Program-made: the position numbers and the translations under genes | In this document: positions 31,008-38,874 of the stretch, piece after piece | How positions within the stretch are numbered: the first letter of the stretch is position 1 | How the letters are laid out: each line of letters opens with the position of its first letter | Source: an uncultured Clostridia bacterium | Lineage (GTDB): Bacteria > Bacillota > Clostridia > Christensenellales > UBA1242 | Assembly: GCA_937896905.1 (NCBI GenBank) | Contig: CALBOE010000002.1 | Location: 56,954-120,953, forward strand | Length of the DNA stretch: 64,000 nucleotides | Direction: 5' to 3' | Notes under the pieces: model-generated | Told to the model about the DNA's origin: nothing | The model's input: only the letters and a program-made list of their open reading frames with translations | Databases searched by the model: none

Positions 31008-31602
31008 CAAGGTTGTTTTAAATTTATTTTCAAACCCTAAAAATGCTGGCAGAATTTCAAAACCAGATGGAATTGCATCTCTTAGCAATGCGGACGAAAG
31101 CGCACATGTGGAGTTTTCCCTTAGAATAGATATGGGAATTATTATGAACTGCCAATTTAGGGCACAAGCAAACCCATACATTATTGCAATTTGTTCAACA
31201 ATAACCGAAATGGTAAAAGGCAAAATGATTGCAATGTTGTTTTTAGATGAAACAAGTGTTAAAAAAGCCTTGGGAGATGAAAGCGACATTGACATAAATT
31301 TCTGTATAGACTGCATTAAGTTGGCGGTGGCAGACTACAAAGAAAAGTTGGAAAAAGCAAACACCATAATAGATCCAACCAAGCCAAGAAGAGGTAGAAA
31401 ACCAAAAAATTTGGCACAGGACTCACATGATAACTTAAACGAAGAGGCAGAGGTTGTTTTAGACGACAATGTATTAAATGCTACCGAGTTTTTAGTTGAT
31501 ATGAACGAAGATGATGAAGATGCATTTAATGAAAGCGACGAAAACACATCTGGCGAAGTGGATTTTGACGATTTTGATGATGACGATTTTGGCGTGTATT
31601 AA
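31000..31602 (+). CDS. Degenerate IscU/NifU-like protein with AT-hook-like motif and acidic tail
   Basis: IscU-like N-terminus (MYSKVV..NPKNAG, EMVKGK), but the CGD and GCG cluster-ligand sites read ESA and ANP. PRRGRKPK motif. Tail is DFDDFDDDDF. Confidence 0.7.
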   Translation: MYSKVVLNLFSNPKNAGRISKPDGIASLSNADESAHVEFSLRIDMGIIMNCQFRAQANPYIIAICSTITEMVKGKMIAMLFLDETSVKKALGDESDIDINFCIDCIKLAVADYKEKLEKANTIIDPTKPRRGRKPKNLAQDSHDNLNEEAEVVLDDNVLNATEFLVDMNEDDEDAFNESDENTSGEVDFDDFDDDDFGVY

Positions 31603-31684
31603 AGTTGGTAAAATTTAGCAATTTCTCACCACAAATTTCCACATAATTTAACAAATTCTACAAATAATAAGCGTAGGAGGAGTT

Positions 31685-31864
31685 ATGAAAGAGTTATTGA
31701 TAGGAATGGGCATTGGCTTTATGGTTGGAGCCATAACTTGCAAATGCAATAAACCTTTTGCAGAAGCAATTGAAAAGGGAGTTGATAAAAGCAAAGAAAT
31801 TATTGAAGATATCAGCGACGAAGTTAAGGCGCAAGCCAACAAAGCAAAGAAACAAAATGATTAA
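31685..31864 (+). CDS. Small membrane-anchored protein (59 aa, below the ORF-track cutoff)
   Basis: AGGAGG RBS at 31676-31681. Reads MKELLIGMGIGFMVGAITC, then a charged helix. A strong terminator follows immediately. Confidence 0.5.
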   Translation: MKELLIGMGIGFMVGAITCKCNKPFAEAIEKGVDKSKEIIEDISDEVKAQANKAKKQND

Positions 31865-31870
31865 AATTTA

Positions 31871-31906
31871 AAATCTCTAAGCCGTAAAGTTTAGAGATTT
31901 TTTTGT
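31871..31906 (+). terminator. Intrinsic terminator after the small ORF
   Basis: AAATCTCTAA-gccgtaaagt-TTAGAGATTT followed by T-run. Confidence 0.85.
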
Positions 31907-31934
31907 TGAAAAACAAAATCGCTTATTTTTTTAT

Positions 31935-31963
31935 TTTACAATAATCATTTTTTTTGCTAATAT
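31935..31963 (+). promoter_or_regulatory. SigA-type promoter of ruvX (leaderless geometry)
   Basis: TTTACA, 17 bp containing TGc, TAATAT (31958-31963). The ATG lies 6 nt downstream. Confidence 0.6.
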
Positions 31964-31969
31964 ATTAAT

Positions 31970-32380
31970 ATGAAAGCAATGGGGATTGATTTTGGGCTGG
32001 CAAGAATTGGTGTTGCGTTTTCTGACGACACAAAAGTTTTGGCGTCGCCACATAAAACTTACCACAGAAAAAATTTGCAGGACGACATACAGTATTTTTG
32101 CAATTTAATAACAGAACAAAAGGTAGACGAAATTGTTTGCGGGCTTCCAATGAATATGATGGGGCAGGAGCAAGAAATAGCTCAAAAAACCAGAGCATTT
32201 ATGGCAGAACTAACCGCAAAAACTGCAATATCTGTTAATTTTGTTGACGAGCGTCTTTCTTCTGTTATGGCCGAAGAGTTTTTGAAACAAACCGAACGAG
32301 ATTGGAAAAAACGCAAGGAAAAGTTAGATAGTGTATCCGCTTCAATCATATTGCAGGATTACTTAGATTTAAGGAGATAA
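31970..32380 (+). CDS. ruvX: Putative pre-16S rRNA nuclease / Holliday junction resolvase-like YqgF (RuvX)
   Basis: MKAMGIDFGLARIGVAFSD and DERLSS motifs. Confidence 0.9.
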   Translation: MKAMGIDFGLARIGVAFSDDTKVLASPHKTYHRKNLQDDIQYFCNLITEQKVDEIVCGLPMNMMGQEQEIAQKTRAFMAELTAKTAISVNFVDERLSSVMAEEFLKQTERDWKKRKEKLDSVSASIILQDYLDLRR

Positions 32381-32383
32381 TAA

Positions 32384-32722
32384 ATGAACAATACAAACAA
32401 AAAAACCACAAAAGTTAAAGCAAAAAATCCAATTAAGCAACTTTTAGACGAAAATAATAACGACAACATCATTTTGTTTGACGATGACGGCAACAAAATT
32501 GAGTTCGAGCAAGTGGCATTAATTCCGCTAGAAGAAACAAATGTTACCTATGCAATTTTAATTCCAATAACACCAATGCAAGGCGTTGAAGACGGCGAAG
32601 GAGTTTTGTTTGCCCTAGACGAAGAAAACGAGCAGTTGGAAGTAATTAACGACGAAAAAATCATAGATAAAGTTTTAACAATATATCAACAACTTATTGA
32701 AGAAGGCGAAGGAAATAATTAA
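32384..32722 (+). CDS. DUF1292 family protein (YrzB-like)
   Basis: The pattern DDDGNKIEFEQVALIP...YAILIP and the conserved position after ruvX. Confidence 0.8.
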   Translation: MNNTNKKTTKVKAKNPIKQLLDENNNDNIILFDDDGNKIEFEQVALIPLEETNVTYAILIPITPMQGVEDGEGVLFALDEENEQLEVINDEKIIDKVLTIYQQLIEEGEGNN

Positions 32723-32729
32723 AAACAAC

Positions 32730-32760
32730 TGTAAAGTAAAAAATCTTTACAATATTTTTA
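32730..32760 (+). terminator. Possible terminator after the DUF1292 gene
   Basis: TGTAAAG-taaaaaat-CTTTACA, then an interrupted T-tract. Confidence 0.45.
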
Positions 32761-32768
32761 ATATATTG

Positions 32769-32797
32769 TTGACAAAACTGTTATTGTTTGATAAACT
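32769..32797 (+). promoter_or_regulatory. SigA-type promoter of rpsB-tsf
   Basis: TTGACA, 17 bp containing TGa, TAAACT. A leader of about 100 nt follows, with CCCAT...ATGGG and TTGCTT/AAGCAA pairings. Confidence 0.6.
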
Positions 32798-32902
32798 AAT
32801 ATAGTTCATGAAAAAAGCACCCATTATGATTGCTTCACTGTTGCCCTTGGGTTAAAAAGCAAAATGATTGATGGGGAAGACACAAACAGGAGGATTAAAA
32901 TT

Positions 32903-33718
32903 ATGTCAGTTATTTCAATGAAACAATTATTAGAAGCTGGTTGCCATTTTGGTCATCAAACAAGAAAATGGAACCCAAAAATGAAGAAGTTCATCTTCAC
33001 AGATAGAAATGATATTCACATTCTTAACTTGGAAGATACTTCTAAACAAATCGACGCAGCATACGTTTTCGTTAAAGAAAAAGTGCTTGCAGGTGCAAAC
33101 GTGCTTTTCATTGGCACAAAGAAACAAGCTAGCGAAACAGTTAAACAAGAAGCTGAACGTTCTGGAATGTTCTATGTTAACTCTCGTTGGTTGGGCGGAA
33201 CATTAACCAATTTCGTTACAATCCGTAAGAGAATTGACAGAATGAACAAACTAAACAACATGGAAGCTCTTGGAGATTTCGACTTGCTACCTAAAAAAGA
33301 AGTTATTAAACTTAGAGCAGAAAGAGATAAACTTGCAAACAACCTTTTGGGTATTAAGGATATGACATCTCTTCCAGGGTTGATTATTTTAGTAGACCCA
33401 CACACAGAACACATTGCAGTTCAAGAAGCTAAACGTTTAGGAATTCCAACTGTTGGTATTGTTGACACAAACGGAGATCCTGATGATGTTGACGTATGCA
33501 TTCCAGCAAATGACGATGCTATTGGCTCTGTAAAACTTATTATTAGTGCTTTAACAGACGCTATTTTAGAAGCAAAGGGTGGAGTTGTTCTTCACGACTT
33601 AACCGCTAACGACGAAGACGTTTCTATGGAAGCTATGGTTTCTGGCGAAGTTGCAAAAGATGAAGAAAAAGCAGCTGCAAAAACTCGTAAACCAGCAAAA
33701 AAAGAAGTTAAAGAATAA
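32903..33718 (+). CDS. rpsB: 30S ribosomal protein S2
   Basis: Start trimmed to [27 protein letters not shown] with AGGAGG RBS. Confidence 0.95.
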   Translation: MSVISMKQLLEAGCHFGHQTRKWNPKMKKFIFTDRNDIHILNLEDTSKQIDAAYVFVKEKVLAGANVLFIGTKKQASETVKQEAERSGMFYVNSRWLGGTLTNFVTIRKRIDRMNKLNNMEALGDFDLLPKKEVIKLRAERDKLANNLLGIKDMTSLPGLIILVDPHTEHIAVQEAKRLGIPTVGIVDTNGDPDDVDVCIPANDDAIGSVKLIISALTDAILEAKGGVVLHDLTANDEDVSMEAMVSGEVAKDEEKAAAKTRKPAKKEVKE

Positions 33719-33758
33719 TATTAATTCAATAACTTGTTAATTAAAAAGGAGAAAGTAT

Positions 33759-34418
33759 ATGAATATTACAGCAAAAGATGTTGCTAATTTAAGAGATCTT
33801 ACCGGTGCAGGTATGATGGACTGCAAAAAAGCTCTTGTTGAAGCAGACGGAAACGTAAACAAAGCAGTTGAAATTTTACGTGAAAGAGGAATTGCTAAAG
33901 CTGCTAAAAAAGAAGGCAGAATTGCAGCAGAAGGTTTTGTAGATAGTTACGTTCACGGTGGTGGAAGTTTTGCTTCTTTGGTTGAATTTAACACCGAAAC
34001 CGACTTTGCAGCAAAGAACGAAGAACTACGTGAATTTGCTCATAACGTTGCAATGCAAGTTGTTGCATCTCGTCCAATTTGTGTAAGTATTGAAGAATTG
34101 CCACAAGATGTTGTTGCAAAAGAAAGAGAAATCAATCGTGCTCAACTTCTTAACGAAGGTAAGCCAGAAGCAATGGTAGACCGCATTGTTGAAGGCAAAA
34201 TGAACAAATATTATGAAGAAGTTGTTTTGCTAGAACAAACATATATTAAAGACCCAGATGGCAAAAAGAAAGTTAAAGACGTTTTAACTGCTCTTATTGC
34301 AAAAATTGGTGAGAAAATTACAATTCGCCGTTTCCACCTTATGGTTATGGGCGAAGGTTTAACAAAACGTAATGACGATTTCGCAGCAGAAGTTGCAGCG
34401 CAATCCCAAATGAAGTAG
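33759..34418 (+). CDS. tsf: Elongation factor Ts (short form)
   Basis: [19 protein letters not shown]-like N-terminus. Confidence 0.95.
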   Translation: MNITAKDVANLRDLTGAGMMDCKKALVEADGNVNKAVEILRERGIAKAAKKEGRIAAEGFVDSYVHGGGSFASLVEFNTETDFAAKNEELREFAHNVAMQVVASRPICVSIEELPQDVVAKEREINRAQLLNEGKPEAMVDRIVEGKMNKYYEEVVLLEQTYIKDPDGKKKVKDVLTALIAKIGEKITIRRFHLMVMGEGLTKRNDDFAAEVAAQSQMK

Positions 34419-34460
34419 AAGTTAAAAAACTTTGCAAGAAACCTCGAACTTGTTGAGAGC

Positions 34461-34500
34461 TTTCGCAGCCGAAGTTGCAGCACAATCTCAAATGAAATAA
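34461..34500 (+). repeat. Ghost copy of the last 12 codons plus stop of tsf
   Basis: 35/40 identical to 34379-34418. All 5 differences are synonymous third-position changes (including TAG>TAA). Confidence 0.9.
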
Positions 34501-34511
34501 TATTTAGAGGG

Positions 34512-34542
34512 AATAGCAAGTAAATTACTTGCTATTTTTTTT
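34512..34542 (+). terminator. Intrinsic terminator after the tsf ghost copy
   Basis: ATAGCAAGT-aaat-(T)ACTTGCTAT followed by T8. Confidence 0.85.
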
Positions 34543-34622
34543 CAATTTAGTTATTATAAATTTGGATTATGCTGTAAAAGTGTATTTTTTGCTTTTAACT
34601 AGTGTTTCCTTAAGGAGATTAA

Positions 34623-35189
34623 ATGAACGAAAAAGTAGAAATGGCTCTTATGGAGTTTGAAGAAAGTTTAGACAAGCACTTTAATAGATTAATAGACGAA
34701 TTAATGTTAATTCGTGTTGGCAGGGCAAACCCTAAAATGATTGAAAACATTAAAGTTGATTATTATGGAACAAGAACACCAATTAATCAAACATCAAACA
34801 TTATGGTTCAAGATGCAAGAATGTTGGTTGTTTCGCCTTGGGACGCATCAACCTTGCGCGCAATTAGAAATGGAATAGAAGCTGCTAATTTAGGAGTTTC
34901 TGTTAGCGACGACGGAAAAATTATACGTGTTAATTTCCCAATGTTAACCGAAGAAAGGAGAAGGGAATACACAAAAGATGCTAAAAAACTTTTGGAAGAA
35001 GCAAAAATTGCAATGCGTAATGCACGCAGAGATTGCTTAGATGTTTTTAAAGCGCTAAAGAAAAACAGTGAAATTAGTGAAGACGATTATGCTACCCTTG
35101 AAAAAGATGTACAAAAACAATTAGATTCTTATACTGCTAAGGCTGATACAAGTTGCGAAAAGAAAATTGTTGAAATTATGGAGGTTTAG
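34623..35189 (+). CDS. frr: Ribosome recycling factor
   Basis: LIRVGRANPKMIENIKVDYYG and RNARRD motifs. AAGGAG RBS. Confidence 0.95.
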   Translation: MNEKVEMALMEFEESLDKHFNRLIDELMLIRVGRANPKMIENIKVDYYGTRTPINQTSNIMVQDARMLVVSPWDASTLRAIRNGIEAANLGVSVSDDGKIIRVNFPMLTEERRREYTKDAKKLLEEAKIAMRNARRDCLDVFKALKKNSEISEDDYATLEKDVQKQLDSYTAKADTSCEKKIVEIMEV

Positions 35190-35190
35190 T

Positions 35191-35910
35191 TTGAATATTG
35201 AAAAATTAAAAACTGATCCTCGCATGCCAAAGCACATTGGTCTTATTATAGATGGAAATGGTAGATGGGCAAAAAAACGTGGGCTTGCTAGAAGCGTGGG
35301 ACACAAACATGGGTTTGATAATTTAGAAAATCACATTCAGTTTGTGCAGGAATTAGGTATTAAAAATCTTTCCATTTATTGTTTCTCTAAACAAAACTGG
35401 AATAGACCACAGGCAGAAGTGGATTATTTAATGGCATTGTTCGACAAAATGCTTGATAAATTTAAAGCAGAATACCTAAATAAGGATATTCGTGTTATTA
35501 TTTCTGGCGATATGGAAGACGAACAGTTACCACTAATTGTTAGGCAGAAAGCAAAAGAAATTATGGAACTAACAAAGCATAAAACAGGTTTTATACTTAA
35601 CCCTTGCATAAACTATGGAGGCAGAGAAGAAATTGTTAATGCGGTTAATAAAATTCTGCAAAGTGGCGAAACGAACATAGACGAAAAGAAATTTGAAAAA
35701 TATCTCTACACTGCAGATATGTTGCCGTTAGACTTTGTTATTAGAGCTTCTGGCGAACAAAGAACAAGCAACTTCCTTCCTTGGCAAAGCACATACAGCG
35801 AGTGGTGTTTTCCAAAACCACTTTGGCCAAGTTTTTCTAAAAACGACTTAATTAAGGCATTAAAGAACTTTATGAAAAGAAATAGACGATTTGGTGCAAT
35901 AAAGGAATAA
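35191..35910 (+). CDS. uppS: Undecaprenyl diphosphate synthase
   Basis: TTG start 6 nt after the GGAGG RBS. HIGLIIDGNGRWA and SGEQRTSNFLPWQ motifs. Confidence 0.9.
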   Translation: MNIEKLKTDPRMPKHIGLIIDGNGRWAKKRGLARSVGHKHGFDNLENHIQFVQELGIKNLSIYCFSKQNWNRPQAEVDYLMALFDKMLDKFKAEYLNKDIRVIISGDMEDEQLPLIVRQKAKEIMELTKHKTGFILNPCINYGGREEIVNAVNKILQSGETNIDEKKFEKYLYTADMLPLDFVIRASGEQRTSNFLPWQSTYSEWCFPKPLWPSFSKNDLIKALKNFMKRNRRFGAIKE

Positions 35911-35911
35911 A

Positions 35912-36808
35912 ATGAAACAAAGAACGATTACTAGTATATTTATAGCATTAACAGCCATTTTATTGGTGGCTGGCAAATTTTTACCACTAAACATTGGAAC
36001 ATACATTTTTGACGTGTTTGTGGTTGTTGTTGCAATGGTTTCAGTTTTGGAAATGTGCAACATAATGGAAAAGGGCAATGCTTCAACAAGCAAACACATG
36101 TCGGTGGCGTATCCCATAATTAATTACGTTGTGTTTTTATGCACACGGCAATTGGTTTCGTATAAATTTTGGGGATTATTGCAACTTTTAACACTTATTG
36201 TGTACTTTTTAATAATTCTTATTGCCGAAAACAATCATTATAGGCAAACACAGGAAAAGCACACTTTAAAAATTGGACTAAACACCTTAAAAGTTTGCTT
36301 TTATCCAGGATTATTGTTCAGTTTATTTCTGAATTTAAACCACATAGATTATTATTCTAATGTTGGAAATTTAAGCATTATTTTAATAGTTAGTGTGCTT
36401 GTTGTTACATTCTTAACCGACACATTTGCATACCTGGTTGGATGTGCTGTGCGTGGGCCAAAACTTGCGCCTAAAATAAGCCCAAATAAAACAATAAGCG
36501 GTGCAATTGGCGGATTGTTTGGCGGTGTTGCAGGTGCGGTTTTAGTGTTCACAATTTTAAGTAATATTGGTGCATTTAAGCTTGCCTTTGCCACTTATAA
36601 TCTTGCTTGGTGGCAGTTTGTGCTTGTTGGATTGTTTGGTTCTGCATTGGGTCAATGTGGAGATTTGTTAGAAAGCAAACTAAAACGTTGGGCAGGGGTT
36701 AAAGATAGTGGCAAATTATTCCCTGGCCATGGCGGAATGTTGGATAGAATTGATGCAATGATGCTGGTTGTTGCTTATGTTTTTCTTGTAACATTAATTA
36801 TTTTGTAA
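35912..36808 (+). CDS. cdsA: Phosphatidate cytidylyltransferase
   Basis: Polytopic membrane protein. Signature SKLKRWAGVKDSGKLFPGHGGMLDRIDAM. Confidence 0.9.
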   Translation: MKQRTITSIFIALTAILLVAGKFLPLNIGTYIFDVFVVVVAMVSVLEMCNIMEKGNASTSKHMSVAYPIINYVVFLCTRQLVSYKFWGLLQLLTLIVYFLIILIAENNHYRQTQEKHTLKIGLNTLKVCFYPGLLFSLFLNLNHIDYYSNVGNLSIILIVSVLVVTFLTDTFAYLVGCAVRGPKLAPKISPNKTISGAIGGLFGGVAGAVLVFTILSNIGAFKLAFATYNLAWWQFVLVGLFGSALGQCGDLLESKLKRWAGVKDSGKLFPGHGGMLDRIDAMMLVVAYVFLVTLIIL

Positions 36809-36872
36809 TGAAACCGTTGTTTTTGCTTAGCTGTAAAAAGAATAAATTAGCTGGTTTGGCAATAAAATTAAT

Positions 36873-38057
36873 ATGATGAATTGTTTATTAAGCGTAGCTT
36901 CTGTTTTTAAGTATATTGGCTATATTTTTATAGCCATTCTTGTTTTATTGCTAATGGTGCTAATTCATGAATTGGGGCATTATGTGGCTGGCAAAATTCT
37001 TAAATTTAAAATTAACGAGTTTAGCGTTGGCTTTGGCCCTAAAATTTTACAAAAAACCAAAAAGAATGGAGAAAAAATTTCACTAAGAGCTTTCCCGCTT
37101 GGCGGATATTGTGCCTTTGAAGGTGAAGACGAGCATGGGAACGCGTCGCCACAAGCGTTCAACAATCAAAAGCCATGGAAACGATTAATTGTCTTATTTT
37201 CTGGTGCATTTTTCAACTTTCTAAGCGCCATAATATTTTCTTTTATTTTGCTTCTATCTAATGGATACGATTTAGTTCAAGTTAATACAATTTCTGCCTC
37301 TTCAATAAACTACCAAGTTGTTAATGGATTGCAAGAAAACGATGTGATTTATGGCGTTGAAGGGCAAAAAATCGACTTTGTTAAAGATAAATACCTAACA
37401 ACATTAATTACTGACGGTATTTTAGAAAGATATGGAGATTACATTGGTGATGACATAGCTTTGGAGCAAAACACATTTGAACAAAATGGTAAAACCTACT
37501 ATATGGTGCTTTGTGAACTCACTTTTAACGTGGAAAGGGACAATAAGAAAACAAATTCAATTGCTAACATTAATGTAATTTATAATCAACAGGGTGAATA
37601 TGCGGGTTGGAGTATGCTTTCTCACAACGATGCAACTGAAAATGAATTTTCTTTTAAAACATACAAATATTCCTTTGGCGAAGCATTGTTACAAGCCGTG
37701 CCATTCACATGTAAATGGGCATGGAAAGTTTTGGTGATTTTTGGGCAGTTAATAACGGGCCAACTTTCAATAACTTCGTTAGGTGGGCCTGTAACAACAA
37801 TAAATATGATTGCAACAAGCACGCAAACAAATGCTTTAAACGTTTTAATTCTTTTGCCTGTTATTGCTGTTAATTTGGCTGTGTTTAATCTTCTTCCTAT
37901 TCCCGCACTGGACGGTTTTCAAATGATATTTGTAACCATTGAATGGATACGAAAAAAGCCAATTAAAAGAGAAATTATTAATGCTATTAACAATATTGGA
38001 CTTATTGTGTTGTTAGGTTTTGTGATTGTGGTGGACATACTGCAGTTTGTTCTGTAA
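36873..38057 (+). CDS. rseP: Site-2 (M50) zinc metalloprotease RseP/RasP
   Basis: HELGHY zinc motif and NLLPIPALDG. Multi-pass membrane protein. Confidence 0.85.
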   Translation: MMNCLLSVASVFKYIGYIFIAILVLLLMVLIHELGHYVAGKILKFKINEFSVGFGPKILQKTKKNGEKISLRAFPLGGYCAFEGEDEHGNASPQAFNNQKPWKRLIVLFSGAFFNFLSAIIFSFILLLSNGYDLVQVNTISASSINYQVVNGLQENDVIYGVEGQKIDFVKDKYLTTLITDGILERYGDYIGDDIALEQNTFEQNGKTYYMVLCELTFNVERDNKKTNSIANINVIYNQQGEYAGWSMLSHNDATENEFSFKTYKYSFGEALLQAVPFTCKWAWKVLVIFGQLITGQLSITSLGGPVTTINMIATSTQTNALNVLILLPVIAVNLAVFNLLPIPALDGFQMIFVTIEWIRKKPIKREIINAINNIGLIVLLGFVIVVDILQFVL

Positions 38058-38079
38058 CCTAAAATTTCTATAAATTTAC

Positions 38080-38106
38080 AAATTGGGTATTGACAGCCCA
38101 ATTTTT
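38080..38106 (+). terminator. Terminator-like hairpin after rseP, with the next -35 box in its loop
   Basis: AAATTGGG-tattgacag-CCCAATTT, then TTc. Confidence 0.55.
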
Positions 38107-38118
38107 CTATGCTATACT
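38090..38118 (+). promoter_or_regulatory. SigA-type promoter of the orphan gene at 38151
   Basis: TTGACA, 17 bp containing TGc, TATACT. Confidence 0.7.
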
Positions 38119-38150
38119 TTGAGTATCCAAAACGGGAAAGGGAGAGTATT

Positions 38151-38813
38151 ATGGGAAATTTAATTGTAACAAGAGAACAAGAAAAACTTATTGAAAAAGT
38201 AAGAAAGTACGAAGGCGAACCAAGCGGAAAAGTTGTGGTTGAAGTTATTCAATCCAACTGTGCAGAAGCAATTTACTGGTTAACTTTCAAATCAAAATCA
38301 AATTACGACTTATTGATTGATGCCATGATTGAAACAGGAAGCGTAAAATGGATTTCTCAACTTGCATGGGCAAACAAAAACCTATCGATGGAGCAATTTA
38401 ACAAATTGCAAGATGCTTTATGTGCTTTGGCTGTTAAAGGTCAAACAAGCCACAAGATATTGGCAGAAAATTTATTTAACCTTGCAAATAACAACATTCG
38501 TCCAGCAAACATTAAACAAATTGCAGAAGCTTGGGCTCACTTGAATTTGTCTAAAACTAATGCAGAAGCATTCTTAGATTGGGTTGATTCAACTGAACAC
38601 ATTAAACTTTCTAGAGAAGAAAGAAGCAGTGCTGTCAATGCAATGTTAGATCAAATTTGTGAAACAGCAAAACAAACAGGATTTATCAATCCATTATTAG
38701 GCGCACAAAAATTCTGCAGAAAAAAAGGCATGGATAAACAATCTGCAAAAATAGATTGCTTAATTAAAGAAATTAAAGAAGAAAACCAAAAAGAAGCTGG
38801 AACAACAGTTTAA
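38151..38813 (+). CDS. Hypothetical protein (220 aa, predicted helical)
   Basis: Start trimmed to MGNLIV after the GGGAGAG RBS. Has its own promoter and terminator. No family recognised. Confidence 0.6.
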   Translation: MGNLIVTREQEKLIEKVRKYEGEPSGKVVVEVIQSNCAEAIYWLTFKSKSNYDLLIDAMIETGSVKWISQLAWANKNLSMEQFNKLQDALCALAVKGQTSHKILAENLFNLANNNIRPANIKQIAEAWAHLNLSKTNAEAFLDWVDSTEHIKLSREERSSAVNAMLDQICETAKQTGFINPLLGAQKFCRKKGMDKQSAKIDCLIKEIKEENQKEAGTTV

Positions 38814-38825
38814 TTTTAAAATTAG

Positions 38826-38860
38826 AAAAATCGAGAGGGTTGACATTCTCGATTTTTTTT
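38826..38860 (+). terminator. Intrinsic terminator, with the next -35 box in its loop
   Basis: ATCGAGA-gggttgacat-TCTCGAT followed by T8, preceded by an A-run. Confidence 0.8.
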
Positions 38861-38868
38861 GTTATATT
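38840..38868 (+). promoter_or_regulatory. SigA-type promoter of the PolC-like exonuclease gene (leaderless geometry)
   Basis: TTGACA, 17 bp containing TGt, TATATT (38863-38868). The ATG lies 6 nt downstream and there is no SD. Confidence 0.65.
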
Positions 38869-38874
38869 TTTTTC

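Noticed and set aside
34379-34500. Template/variable repeat pair of a diversity-generating retroelement (also considered for the ffh pair)
   Set aside because: There is no reverse transcriptase in the window. The substitutions are not adenine-specific, and they are synonymous, which is the opposite of diversification.
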